Positions 12,813 through 25,015 of a stretch of 64,000 nucleotides of DNA are shown here, piece by piece; position 1 is the first letter of the stretch, and every line of letters starts with the position of its first letter. Both the position numbers and the translations under genes were made by a program. The DNA lies in assembly GCF_006345805.1 (NCBI RefSeq), contig NW_021824843.1:1-64000 (forward strand). The letters run 5' to 3'. The notes under the pieces are model-generated. The model was not told where the DNA came from and made no database searches. It worked only from the letters and a program-made list of their open reading frames with translations. Origin of the DNA: Octopus sinensis. Taxonomy: Eukaryota.

Positions 12813-12888
12813 TCTATATATATATATAATCAATACGCGCAACACATATGCCAGCAGAAAACCGTCAGGATAGCGGGTTTTCTGCTAG
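12813..12888 (+). mobile_element. Possible minimal Helitron-like element (76 bp)
   Basis: A|TC start, CTAG|T end, terminal hairpin AGCAGAAAACC/GGTTTTCTGCT. Confidence 0.35.
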
Positions 12889-12936
12889 TATATATATGCA
12901 TAATTGCATACATATATTAGCTTAAATGTAATTATA

Positions 12937-13090
12937 TATGTGCGGAAAAGTTCCCGGCTTAAAAACCGAAGGCCCACTGCAATAGGTATGTGAATCTGAG
13001 AGGGGAATGTGTTGAATAAAATTATAGTTAACTAATCCTCGTGTATTTTCTTTTACCTAAAGCCAGGAGCATTTCAACACCCCCTTGTAC
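12937..13090 (+). mobile_element. Internally deleted mariner (MITE)
   Basis: Ends GAAAAGTTCCCGGCTT / AAAGCCAGGAGCATTTCAACACCCCCTTGTA; internal GGGGAATGTGTTGAATAA resembles a transposase C-terminus. Confidence 0.6.
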
Positions 13091-13359
13091 ACATAGCCAT
13101 GCCTATGAAAAAGCTATTGGATATTAACAATTGCAAACAAGAGAGAAAGCACCCCGATGCAAAGATGGCAAGCACAATCAACCATGGCGAGATTCGAACT
13201 CGAATTGTAATGGCATATAACTAGATACCAAAAAATATTTTCTGTTAAGATAACGATTCTGACACACTACAGTCGTGTGACATATAGTCGTAGCATAATC
13301 CTCTGTAGTGCTACTCTGGGTTCCAGCTTGTAGCACATAGAGCTATCGTGATTTGACGA

Positions 13360-13560
13360 TTATGTATGTATATATGTATGTGTGTATTTGTTTGTATGTA
13401 TGTATATATGTATGTATATATGTATGTGTGTATTTGTTTGTATGTATGTATGTATGTATGTATGTATGTATGTATGTATGTATGTATGTATATATGTATG
13501 TGTGTATTTGTTTGTATGTATGTATGTATGTATGTATGTATGTATGTATGTATGTATGTT
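13360..13560. repeat. (TATG)n microsatellite
   Basis: Directly visible. Confidence 0.97.
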
Positions 13561-14828
13561 TGTATATTTAGTCAATAGTTGCCAAACGATTTAGTTGCCA
13601 ATTCTGTACCAGACATTGTAGATCTTTGGCTGAGCTAAAAAGTCACATTCGATCACAGCACCAGTAACAGTTAAGATTCGTGCAGGGCCATACTCGATAA
13701 CGAGGGGGCAGCCATAATAATAATGTATGTATATGTATGTATGTAAGTATCTATGTATGTATGTATCTATGTGTATAAATGCATGCATATATATATGAGC
13801 ATATGCATAGGTGTATTATATACTATATTATAAATATATATATCGTTTTCATTGAAGCTGATACTGAGACTTTGACACGTGACTCACGTTTCATGTGATT
13901 ACAATCTTCAGGTACAAGGGCAATGGGGTGAATTTTCGAGTATCGAGACAAAATCAGTTTCAGTTTCAATGAAATGAAACCATATCTTCATCATGTATTG
14001 AGCACTCTTCTCTTATTCGCCCGATGTACGCGCGCTTGTGTGTATGCATGTATGAATAAATATATATATGTGTATGTGTGTCTATATATGTATATACATA
14101 TATATGCATGTGTATGTGTGTGTTTTAGACTCTTTATCATGAATGTCGGAAGTCCCTCCAGTAACAAGATAAAACAATAATACAAATGTATTGTAAGTAA
14201 ACAAAGAATTTTAGTGGACTAAGTTTGTAGAGAAATTAACTCCCTAAGAGTTTAACCTGAACTGGTATACAGTACGTCACGTGTCAAGGACGCCTGTTAG
14301 ACCAGACAGAGGGATAGCATCACCACAGACTGGCGCTGGGTTCTTTCACCATCACAGCGTACGTCCTATGTGATGTTCCACTTGCCAACGTTTATCTAAT
14401 TATTATACGCTTCAGCATTTCGCAGATATAAAACCAAATATACTAGATATATGTAAATACGTTATAATGCATCCAAAACATTTGTTATTATTGTTAAGTC
14501 TTTTTATTTGTCAATCGATCCCAAAGTAGACTCGTAGGTACTCCTGCATTTTCTCGAGATTATTTCTGCGTCATGGCGCACTGTTGCTATATAGTCGTTG
14601 ACCCCATCGTAGTTTCAGTCCTAATTTTTGACAGGCCTTGTTTTGTTCTGCTGGGTTTCTTACAAGCTTCCACTCCAGGTATGCTCAGTGCCATTCCATT
14701 TTAGTCGCCCACGAACGAACTTTGTAACAGGATGTACATGATATACATGCATAGATATATACATGGACACAGACACTCATTCATGCAAATATACAAACAC
14801 ACATGCATGTATGTATGTGAGTATATAT

Positions 14829-14865
<37 letters not shown>

Positions 14866-14872
<7 letters not shown>

Positions 14873-15230
14873 TAAATTAGAGATAAAACCACTATTAGGC
14901 AAATCATACAATGAAAAACTTAAGCCAATACATAAGATTAATTAATTATATTATTTTAAATATATATCAAAATTATTAAAAAAGATAATTAGTATAACAC
15001 TACGATTAGTGTTATACTAATTATCTTTTTTAATAATTTTGATATATATTTAAAATAATATAAATTAATTAATCTTATGTATTGGCTTAAGTTTTTCATT
15101 GTATGATTTGCCTAATAGTGGTTTTATCTCTAAGTTAATATAATATAATATTTTACTATAAAATTGGATTCAATCCTAAATCTGATTTTTCCCTGTAAGT
15201 TTGGATTTATTCCCTAGTATTTTACTATAT
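14866..15230. repeat. Fold-back (about 137-bp arms, 4-nt loop) of a Penelope-type terminal repeat family
   Basis: 14866-15002 is the near-perfect reverse complement of 15007-15144; the right arm and its continuation match the reverse complement of 53845-54030. Confidence 0.85.
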
Positions 15231-16264
15231 ATATATATATATATATTCAAAAGATAGACATGGATAAAATTCGCTCTCCGTCTTTTTTATCTAACGTCAT
15301 AACGATTTCTGTATCAGAAAATTTGGTATCACTCATCAGGAAGCGTTACAGGAAAAAACGGGAAGGATAAATCCGAGTTATGTCTTTACTGCTAGATATA
15401 GCAGTCTATTTTTTTCTGTATATTTGAAAAAGAAGAATACACTGACTAATGTAGCTCTGATTGTCAGTGATCCAAAGCTTTTACTCACAGTTCTGTTAGA
15501 ATAGGCTAATATGGGGTTAAAGAACTAGAACAGTAGACGTAATATTTCATTAGGAAACTATAAAAGATTAGAGCGGTCAAAGTCGATCAAAGAAATGACG
15601 GAGCTTTTAGCAACGCTACATGATCCTCTGCATGGTATAGTTGCTTCATTATTATCTATTATTCAAAACACTGCATCTAATTGCGTATAATTATACAACT
15701 GAGACTTGCCTGAATCTTTCCAGTTTTCCTATTACTGACCAAAGTAAAAATCAGGAATTAACAAAAATAAATAACTAAGTAAATAAAAAGGAATACTATG
15801 ATATATCAGCAAAACGAGCTAAAGTGGCTCAAGCTATCATACACACACGACAAACGTATTAAGTTTTGGTGAATAGATATCATATGACTCGAAGAAAATC
15901 TGAAATTTTTACAAGGTTCTAATGATTGAAACATTAATGTATTGTAAAATCAGGGAGAGACAACCAAATAAGAACTTGATACGGTAGTTGCATCGGCAAC
16001 TATTGAGTTCTGACTGTAAACCAGACGAGATGACACGTGCCTTATATTTAGAACACGTGTCATGTAGGAATACACACAACGTACGCACACACACTCACAT
16101 ACATACATACATACATACATACATGCATACATACATACATACATACATACATACTGACAGACAGACATACATACATACATGCAAACAGACACATGCGTAC
16201 ATACATAGCCCCCTCTCTCTATATATAAATATGTATATATAGTATATATAGTATAATATATATA

Positions 16265-16299
<35 letters not shown>

Positions 16300-16579
16300 C
16301 ATGCATATACATATATATTTATATATAAACGTATATATTTATACATACGCATATTCATACGTACACACACACACACACATATATATGAATGTATAAATAT
16401 GTTATATATTTATAGTTCCATATACGTATGCATATCAATATGTATAACACATACACTTACGTGTGTGTGCCTGTGTATGCTTTAATTGTGTACATGTATG
16501 TATATATAATGCAACATATGTATTTACATATGTTTGTATATATATATATACATATATATATATATTATATATATATATA

Positions 16580-16623
<44 letters not shown>

Positions 16624-16803
16624 ACGTATTTACATACATAGTTGTATGTATGTGTGTGTGAATTTGTCATGTCAGTATGCGTTGAAATATAGCTTTAGAC
16701 CATTAATAATACAAACATACAAGCATGCATTTATACATAATAGACACACCCATACATTTCCTACCCCTCTCATTGTCTTTCATACACACTTACACACACT
16801 CAT

Positions 16804-16836
<33 letters not shown>

Positions 16837-17660
16837 ACACACACACAGAGATGTGCACTCACATGCATTTACCTACAGCAACGCTTTATGAAACAGTATA
16901 TTTGTCATGTCGGTCAACGATTGGTCAATGATGAGAATTATAAATTAACGTTGACAATATAACGGTCATAGTCTGTTCTGCTTTTATTTGAACATCGGAA
17001 TAAATCGTCTACATACCATTTTGGAAATGTGATCCTCTATTACAAAGGCATTAACGATTCAGGTTTTGCTTTCGCTCTGCCGACATATAGGTCTATAATA
17101 ACAAAAGCTAGACATTTAAAACGTCGCTGCTCTCTGACAACAACTAATGTCAACTTTAGCCACTCAGTTTGGTTTCGCTTCTTCTAGTTTCGGGCAAGTC
17201 GACACCTGCCTTACACAAAAATCTGACAAAACTATAAAATATAAAAAAAAAAAGATGAGTAAATAAAATAAAATAAAGCAAAAAGCGACTAGCTAATATA
17301 AAAGTGAACATCTGCTTGTGAATATTTCTGAAATGGGATAGTGCAATCCCGATCTCTCAGCTTCATTTTGATTTTAGATGTCGGAAGCCAGAATGGGTAT
17401 CTCGTCCATCATTGGCATTCTGTTGTTATTAATACGGAAAACGAATTTCGTCAGTTTATTCTAGCATTCGAGTTAAATTCACATAAATTAGCTTTTGTTG
17501 TTATGTGTAATATATTTTATTATATTTCATTTTATTTATTTATGTGTTCATTTGTGAACAACGAGTTTAAGTCACGAATTAGGTGGTCTTTCTAATTCTC
17601 CTATATCATTCAGCATTTATTTTAGTCATCTATATATTCACTCACTCATTCATTTACATA

Positions 17661-17907
17661 GTGGAGGCGCAATGTCCCAGTGGTTAGGGCAGCGGACTCG
17701 CGTTCGTAGGATCGTAGTTTCGATTCCCAGACTGGGCGTTGTGAGTGTTTATTGAGCGAAAACACCTAAAGCTCCACGAGGCTCCGGCAGGGATGATGGT
17801 GATCCCTGCTGTACTCTTTCACCACAACTTTCTCTCACTCGCCCGGTCTGGTAATCGAAACCGCGATCCTATGACCGCGAGCCCGCTGCCCTAACCACTG
17901 GGCCATT
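17661..17907 (+). mobile_element. SINE family A 5' half followed by an inverted copy of its tRNA head
   Basis: Family A sequence 17661-17840, then reverse-complemented head 17841-17907. Confidence 0.9.
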
Positions 17908-18397
17908 AAAAGCAATATACAAACAACACAAGAAACGAAAACAAATCAATCCACACTAGCACCAAGAACAACACACCCAAAGCGAACAAACAACAGCATT
18001 ATCAACTATGCAGCCATACATAAAAACAACGAAAAGTTAATGAAATATATACATCAAGTTCACAAATATTACCCACAATGACTATATCACACCACCATTT
18101 AACATTAAAATTCATATTAAAATCATAAAAAAACAAACGAAGATACGTATGACAGGTTGAAACAATTTCAGAAAAACTGTTACTAGAAAAGCAGTTTTTA
18201 GTCGGAAGCACGGAACATCTGTCCTACGGAGACTAGGTAAGTGGTCCTTCTCACTTTTCTACTACTTGCTGAATATGACCGAACACAAAATAAAGAGTGT
18301 GAACGCATGTAGCTCGAGGTCACCTTAGAAACAGAGCCACCTGTGTAACACCCTGGTGTCATTAGTTATACATAGATATACATTAGATATACGTAAA

Positions 18398-18626
18398 GGC
18401 GGCGAGCTGGCAGAAACGTTAGCGCGCCGGGCGAAATGCTTATCGGTATTGCATCTGTCCTTGCGTTCTGAGTTCAAATTCCTCCGAGGTCGACTTTACT
18501 TTTCATCCTTTTGGGGTCGATAAATTAAGTACCAGTTACGCACTGGGATCGATGTAATCGACTTAATCCGTTTGTCTGTCCTTGTTTGTCCCCTCCATGT
18601 TTAGCCCCTTGTGGGCAATAAAGAAA
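18398..18626 (+). mobile_element. tRNA-derived SINE family C
   Basis: GGCGGCGAGCTGGCAGAAACGTTAGC...GAGTTCAAATTC...GGTCGACTTT...CCCCTTGTGGG; many copies in the window. Confidence 0.88.
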
Positions 18627-19262
18627 CAGATATACATACGGTGCCTGTCAGCGAAACCAGAATTTCTGTCTGTCTCAAAAGGTCCCATGCCTGCTTTCTG
18701 TGTATACAGGATCTTTTTATCTCCAGGTTGTCCTAGATTGTTGTTTCAGAAGGATCTGAATCTCAGGACATGGATCATCTTCTTGAACACAGAGGGTAAA
18801 TTAGTGGTATTTGTTGAGAACAGTAGCAGAAGTGATACCTTCAGTGTAGTTACTGTTTACGAAGCACAATCTGATTTCTTTAGGCATCTGGAAGTTCTCC
18901 TTGGAATTGATCACTCTTTAGTGCTAGCGTTGCCTTCCACAATATTTGTTGAAGGAAGAATGAGAGTGGCTACGATAACCCGACCTAATAGGCCTGCTCT
19001 GAGCATGCACTTATAAACTGAGAGAGAAGTGATAGAGAGAGGGCACTTATGTTAGTGGTCAGGGTGGCTATGGTTTTGTGGAGAAAATATTTCTTGTTTG
19101 AATCTTTTATATTTTTATCTTTTTCTTTTTACTATCTACACTTTTTTATGTATGCTCGCAACATATTGTTTTGTACCATCCTGCACAATCTTCGATCTTT
19201 TTGTAAAGCCGTAGGGGTTAATAAAAAAAGCATTATCCTCTTCCTCCGCCTTCCTCGTCATC

Positions 19263-19319
19263 ATCCTCATCACCATTATTATTATTATTATTATTATTAT
19301 CATTTTATTATTATTATTA

Positions 19320-19358
<39 letters not shown>

Positions 19359-19696
19359 CATTATTATTATCATTATTATTATTATTATTATTATCGTTTA
19401 TATTATTATTATCTTATTATTATTATTATTTATCATAATCATTATTATTATTATCATTAATTATCATTATTATTATTATTATATTATCATTATTATTATT
19501 ATTATCATTATTATCATTATTATTATTATCATTATTATTATTATTATTATTATCATTATTATTATTATTATTATTATTATATATTACATTATTATTATTA
19601 TTATTATCATCATCATATTATTATTATTATTATTATCATTATTATATTATCATCATCATTATTATTATTATTATTTTATCATCATCATCATCATCA

Positions 19697-19750
<54 letters not shown>
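19263..19750. repeat. Long (TTA/TAA)n tract at the 3' end of an R4/Dong-like LINE
   Basis: About 490 bp, directly visible. Confidence 0.97.
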
Positions 19751-19754
<4 letters not shown>

Positions 19755-22700
19755 TAGTTTTATTTTATAGCGTGCTTTCACTTCACTACCGAGCGCAGCT
19801 CTGTGTGCCTTGGGTATGTGCTGTGATTTGTTGTGATGCTCTGATGGTTATTGTATGGAAAGTGTTCTGCGTAGGATGTGTGCAGTGCCTAGTAGTGCAA
19901 TTTTCTGTATGTTATATGTGTTTGTAAGTCCTGGTGTTTTTGTTATGTATTTGTCTGAATTTTTTTTATCATGCCTAATGCACCTACTATGATAGGAATT
20001 GTTTCTGTTTTCAGGTTCCACATTCTAGTTACCTCTATTTCCAGGTCTTTGTATTTTGAGAGTTTCTCCATTTCTTTTAGAGACACGTTGTCATCTGCCG
20101 GTATTGATACATCAATTAGAAAGCATTTTTTTCTTCATGATCTCTGACAACTATATCTGGTCTGTTGGCCTTAATTTCTCTATCTGTGTGTATCGGCATA
20201 TCCCAGAGTATGGTTGCTTTCTCGTTTTCTGTGACCTTTTCTGGTGTGTGCCTATACCATCTTTTTTCTGTTGTTATTCCATAATGTTGGCATAGCTTCC
20301 AGTATGTAGGTTCCAACTCTGTCATGTCTGTGAATATATTCCTTCTTAGCCAGGACTGGGCAGCTAGAGATAATATGATTTATTGTTTCTTGTCCATCTC
20401 CACATATTCTGCAGTTACTTGTAATATTTCTTTTCATTACATGTTTTTGGTAATTTCTGGTGGGGAGGCTTTGGTCTTGTGCTGCAATTAAAAATCCCTC
20501 TGTTCTGCTTTGAGTCCTGAGCTTCTCAACCATTGCTGGGATTTTTCTTTGTCTATTTCTTTTGCGTTTAGTTTAGTGCAGTATTTACCATGAAGGGGCT
20601 TTTCTTGCCATCGTTTTTCATGGCTTCGTTGCTGTTCTATTTTTAGTTTGGATTTCATTTGTTTTATAGCTTTTGTTGTTTCTTCATCATCTTCTTCTTC
20701 TTCTTTGTGTTTATTAGGTGGTATGATTTCTTGTTTGTATTTGTCAGCTTCCTTAAATACTGAGAACAGTTTTTTGTTTTGCTCGTGTTTTGCTGCTATC
20801 TGGATCAGTTTTCCTTCCTTCTGAAGTAGTATTTTTGCAGTCCTATGGTGGTTATTTTATAGTAGTTTTCCAGCTTTATAAGGCCTCTACCACCTTCTAT
20901 ACGTTGTATATATAGTCTTTCTATGTCATTTTGGGTGATGCATCCTAGATCCTGTCAGTATTTTTCTTTTTTCCTATCTATTTGGACAGTTCATTTCGTG
21001 TCCAGTTAAGGATATTGTAGCTGTAACTTATAACTGGGACAGCTAAAGTGTTGATACCTATTATCTTGTTTTTAGCATTGAGCTCTGTTTTTAGTATTGA
21101 TCTAACTCGTCTATAATATTCTTTTTTTTTATTTATTTTATTTTTTTTTTCTCTTTCATTTGTGTGTGTTGTGTCTTATCTAGTTCATGGATTCCTAAGT
21201 ATTTGTAAGTTTGGCTTTGGTCTAATTCTTTTATTTCATTGGTTTTATCTAGTGTGATGTTGTTACTCTTAACTAGTTTTCCTCTTTTCATGGTTACTTT
21301 GGCGCATTTTTCTAATCCAAATTTCATATCTATTTCTTTGGTAAATCCATGAACTGTCTTTAATAGTGTTTCCAGCTGTTTGTCATTTGCAGCGTATAGT
21401 TTTAGGTCATCCATATATAAAAGGTGGCTGATCGTTTTGCCGTAACATTATATCCGCATCCAGTTCTATTTAGCATATCAGATAGAGGTGACAGTGCCAA
21501 GCAGAAAAGGAGTGGAGAGAGCGTGTCTCCCTGGAATATTCCTCTTCTAATGGGGATGTCTTTGGTTTTCATGAGTCCCTCTTTTGTTTGGAGGTGTAGG
21601 ACTGTTTGCCATTTATTCATAGAGTGCTCTATGAATTTTATGATTGTTGGTGCTACTTTGTTAATGGCTAGTGTTTTAGGATCCATGTGTGGGGGATGCT
21701 ATCAAACGCCTTTTTGTAGTCAATCCAGGCCATACTGAGGCCTTTCTTCTTTCTGTGGCTGTCTTCAGTTACGGCTTTATTAATCATTAGTTGATCTTTA
21801 CAGCCATATGAGCCCTTGCGGCATCCTTTCTGCTCTTCTGGGAACAGTTTGTTTTCGTCCAGGTGCTTGCTCAGCCTTTGCGATATCACTGCAGTAAATG
21901 CCTTGAACATAGTAGGGAGGCAGGTTATTGGTCTGTAGTTTTCTGTTTTGTGTTTCATTTGATTTGGGAATTAAGATGGTTTTCCCCTTCGTGAGCCATT
22001 CAGGCATTGTCTCTGGCTCTGCTAGTATGCTGTTAAAGCTTTCAGCCAGCTTTTTGTGCATTCCTGTTAGATATTTCAACCAGAAGTTGGGGATCTTGTC
22101 ATGCCAGGTGCCTTCCAGTTGCTTAGTTTTTGCAGTGCCTGGGTGACCTCTTCAGTTGTTATGGGGGTCCAAAGTTGTTCAGATGCCGAGTTTGTTATTT
22201 TCATACTCCTTTTTTTGGCTGTTCGTTCGCCGACCATATTTCTTTCCAGAATTCTTCCAATTCTTCTGCCGTTGGTGCTGCAGTGACTTCTATTTTATTT
22301 TTGCCCAGTTCTTGGTAGAACTTTTTGGGGTCGGAGTTGAACTTTTTGTTCTGTTCAAAGAAGCGTTGGCGTTTCTCGTACCGGCGGATCCTTTGAGCTT
22401 TGGCAAGGATATCTTGCTTCAGCTTTTCTTTTATCTCCGCCAAATCTTTTTCTGTGATGTTATATTTGCGGAGCATTTTGTTCTCTTTTTGTTGCTCAGT
22501 AGCGTTGCTTGTTTGCTGATTTCATTAAGAATCGACAGGTCTTTTCTATTTTGTTTTGGATGTTATTTATCCACAGGGTTTGTTTGGGTGGTGTACTCCT
22601 GTTTGGGCGGGTTTGGGTGAGTATCCAGCTTCTTTTGTGGCTGCAGTGGCTGCTGCGTATATCAAGTCATTTAGTTCAGTGATATCACTTTTTTTTGTTT

Positions 22701-23002
22701 CAGTGGCTAGTTCAGTGACGGCTAGGTTTATGTTTGTTTATAATTGTTGTTATTGCGTTTATTTTTCTTGGGAGGTATGGTCGGTGGTCCTTTTGAGCTC
22801 TGTGGTTTTTAGTTCTTTGATTATTTTATTTTATATTATTAATCATTAGGCTCCCCTTCGTTGTTTACATCGTGTTGTGGGAATGTTGCGTTTGTCTTCG
22901 TGTTTTACAGTTTCAGTGTTCATATTATGGGCATGTTGTGTGGCTTCTATCTACATTTTCCTGGTGTATTTTTTCTTTTAACTGTTCTATTTCTATTTCT
23001 GA

Positions 23003-23007
<5 letters not shown>
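19751..23007 (-). mobile_element. R4/Dong-clade non-LTR retrotransposon (RT, CCHC zinc finger, REL endonuclease), 5'-truncated and frameshifted
   Basis: YRPITCLPTMFK, IDYKKAFDSIPH, RGIFQGDTLSPLLFCLAL, MDDLKLYA, CRICGDGQETINHIISSC, KANRPDIVV, end IQKIALLGTAHILRRTLSIQ*; flanked by (TAA)n on both sides. Confidence 0.93.
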
Positions 23008-23038
<31 letters not shown>

Positions 23039-23066
23039 TATTATATTATTATTATTATTATTATTA

Positions 23067-23167
<101 letters not shown>

Positions 23168-23620
23168 TCACTTGTCTCATTTAGATTCCATGCATGTGCT
23201 GCATGGTCGAGTACACCTCTATATATTTTGAGTTATATTCATATTTGTTGCGATGAAGTTGGCGAGTTAGTAAAATATGTATCGCGCAAACAAAAATGCT
23301 TCACGGCGTTTCTTCCTCCACATTAATGTGCGAATTCATATTTCGCCGAGGTCGGCTTCACTTGTCATTCTTTCGGGGGTCTATAAAATAAGTATTACTT
23401 TAGCTCTTGGATCGATGTAACTAACTTCGTCTCTCTTCTCAAAATGTTGCTGGTCTTGTGCCAGAATTTGGAAGAATTATCCGTTCGTTTGATATTTCTA
23501 TTAGAAGGTATTTTATAATTCATACTAGAGTTTCGCATTGTTAACGCAATTTCCTTCTTTTACCAGAGCCAAGCCCCTATATTCATCTCGTCTAAGACTA
23601 GGTACTAACAGAATATATAG

Positions 23621-24006
23621 GTGGAGGCGCAATGGCCCAGTGGTTTGGGCAGCAGACTCGCGGTCATAGGATCGCGGTTTCGATTACCAGACCGGGCATT
23701 GCGAGTGTTTATTGAGCGAAAACACCTAAAGCTCCACGATGCTCCGGCAGGGATGATGGTGATCCCTGCTGTACTCTTTCACCACAAATTTCTCTCACTC
23801 TTACTTCCTGTTTCTGTTGTACCTGTATTTCAAAGGGCCGGCCTTGTCACTCTCTGTGTCACGCTGAATATCCCCGAGAACTACGTTAAGGGTACACGTG
23901 TCTGTGGAGTGCTCAGCCACTTACACGTTAATTTCACGAGCAGGCTGTCCGTTGATCGGATCAACCGGAACCCTCGTCGTCGTAACTGACGGAGTGCTTC
24001 CATCCA
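23621..24006 (+). mobile_element. SINE family A copy
   Basis: Full-length match to 7099-7485; flanking repeat ACTAACAGAA. Confidence 0.9.
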
Positions 24007-24370
24007 CTAACAGAAAATGTGATCAATTGTTTCCTCCGCACCTCAATATATTCTACTGTTTCTTAATGTTTTCTGATTCATTGCATGATTCTTGCGCCGC
24101 TATCAAAATTCCCTTCCGGTTCAGCTTCGAGTCGTAACACTTCGCAGTATTGTGATTTTCATCCATTTTTAAGGGACTTATTTTAAATTCTAAAATACAC
24201 TGATATTATCCCCCATGAATCAGACTATTGTTTTATGTTTTGAAATACTTACACCTCATATAAACAACGATCTGGTTTATCGAGTATAAATTTTGAAAAT
24301 TTTAAACATTAACAAATGTAGAGAAACGAAAGACTAATTTCTTTTTTCAATCTTACATGGTATTAAAAAC

Positions 24371-24604
24371 AGGAGGCGGCGAGCTGGCAGAAACGTTAGC
24401 ACGCCGGGCAAAATTCTTAGCGGTATTTCGTCTGCGTTACGTTGTGAGTTCAAATTCCGCCGAGGTCGACTTTGCCTTTCATCCTTTCGGGGTCGATAAA
24501 TTAAGTACCAGTTACGAACTTGGGTCGATGAAATCGACTTAATACCTATGTCTGTCCTTGTTTGTTCCCTCTGTGTTTAGCCCCTTGTGGGTAATAAAGA
24601 AATA
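24371..24604 (+). mobile_element. SINE family C copy
   Basis: 12-bp TSD GGTATTAAAAAC at 24359-24370 and 24605-24616. Confidence 0.9.
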
Positions 24605-24859
24605 GGTATTAAAAACTGGATGAACTTTTCAAGGATATACGTGGAAATTAAATAATGTCACCTTTCCACTTTTCTTTCTTTCTTTCTTTCTTTCTTTCTT
24701 GGTTTGTCTCAGAATACATGTGCGCGCGCGCGCGCGTGTGTGCGTGTAAGTGTGTTAATGTATGCATGTGTATAAGCATGCATGTATATATGTATACACA
24801 CACACATACATACACACGTATAAGTTGGCTCAAGGAGATTATAAGAAACGGAAGCGTGA

Positions 24860-25015
24860 CCACAAGGCCTGAAATTTGTGTGTAGGGGGCTAGTTGACTA
24901 CATTGACCCCCAACGCTCATCTAGTACTTGTTTTATCAAACCGGAACAGATGAAAGGCAAAGTCGACCTCGGAAGAATTTGAACTCATAACGTAAAGACG
25001 AATGAAATGCCGATA
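24860..25015 (-). mobile_element. Diverged SINE family C-like copy
   Basis: GATGAAAGGCAAAGTCGACCTCGG-AGAATTTGAACTC reverse-complement signature; similar diverged copies at about 23250-23480, 27385-27590 and 47350-47525. Confidence 0.75.
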
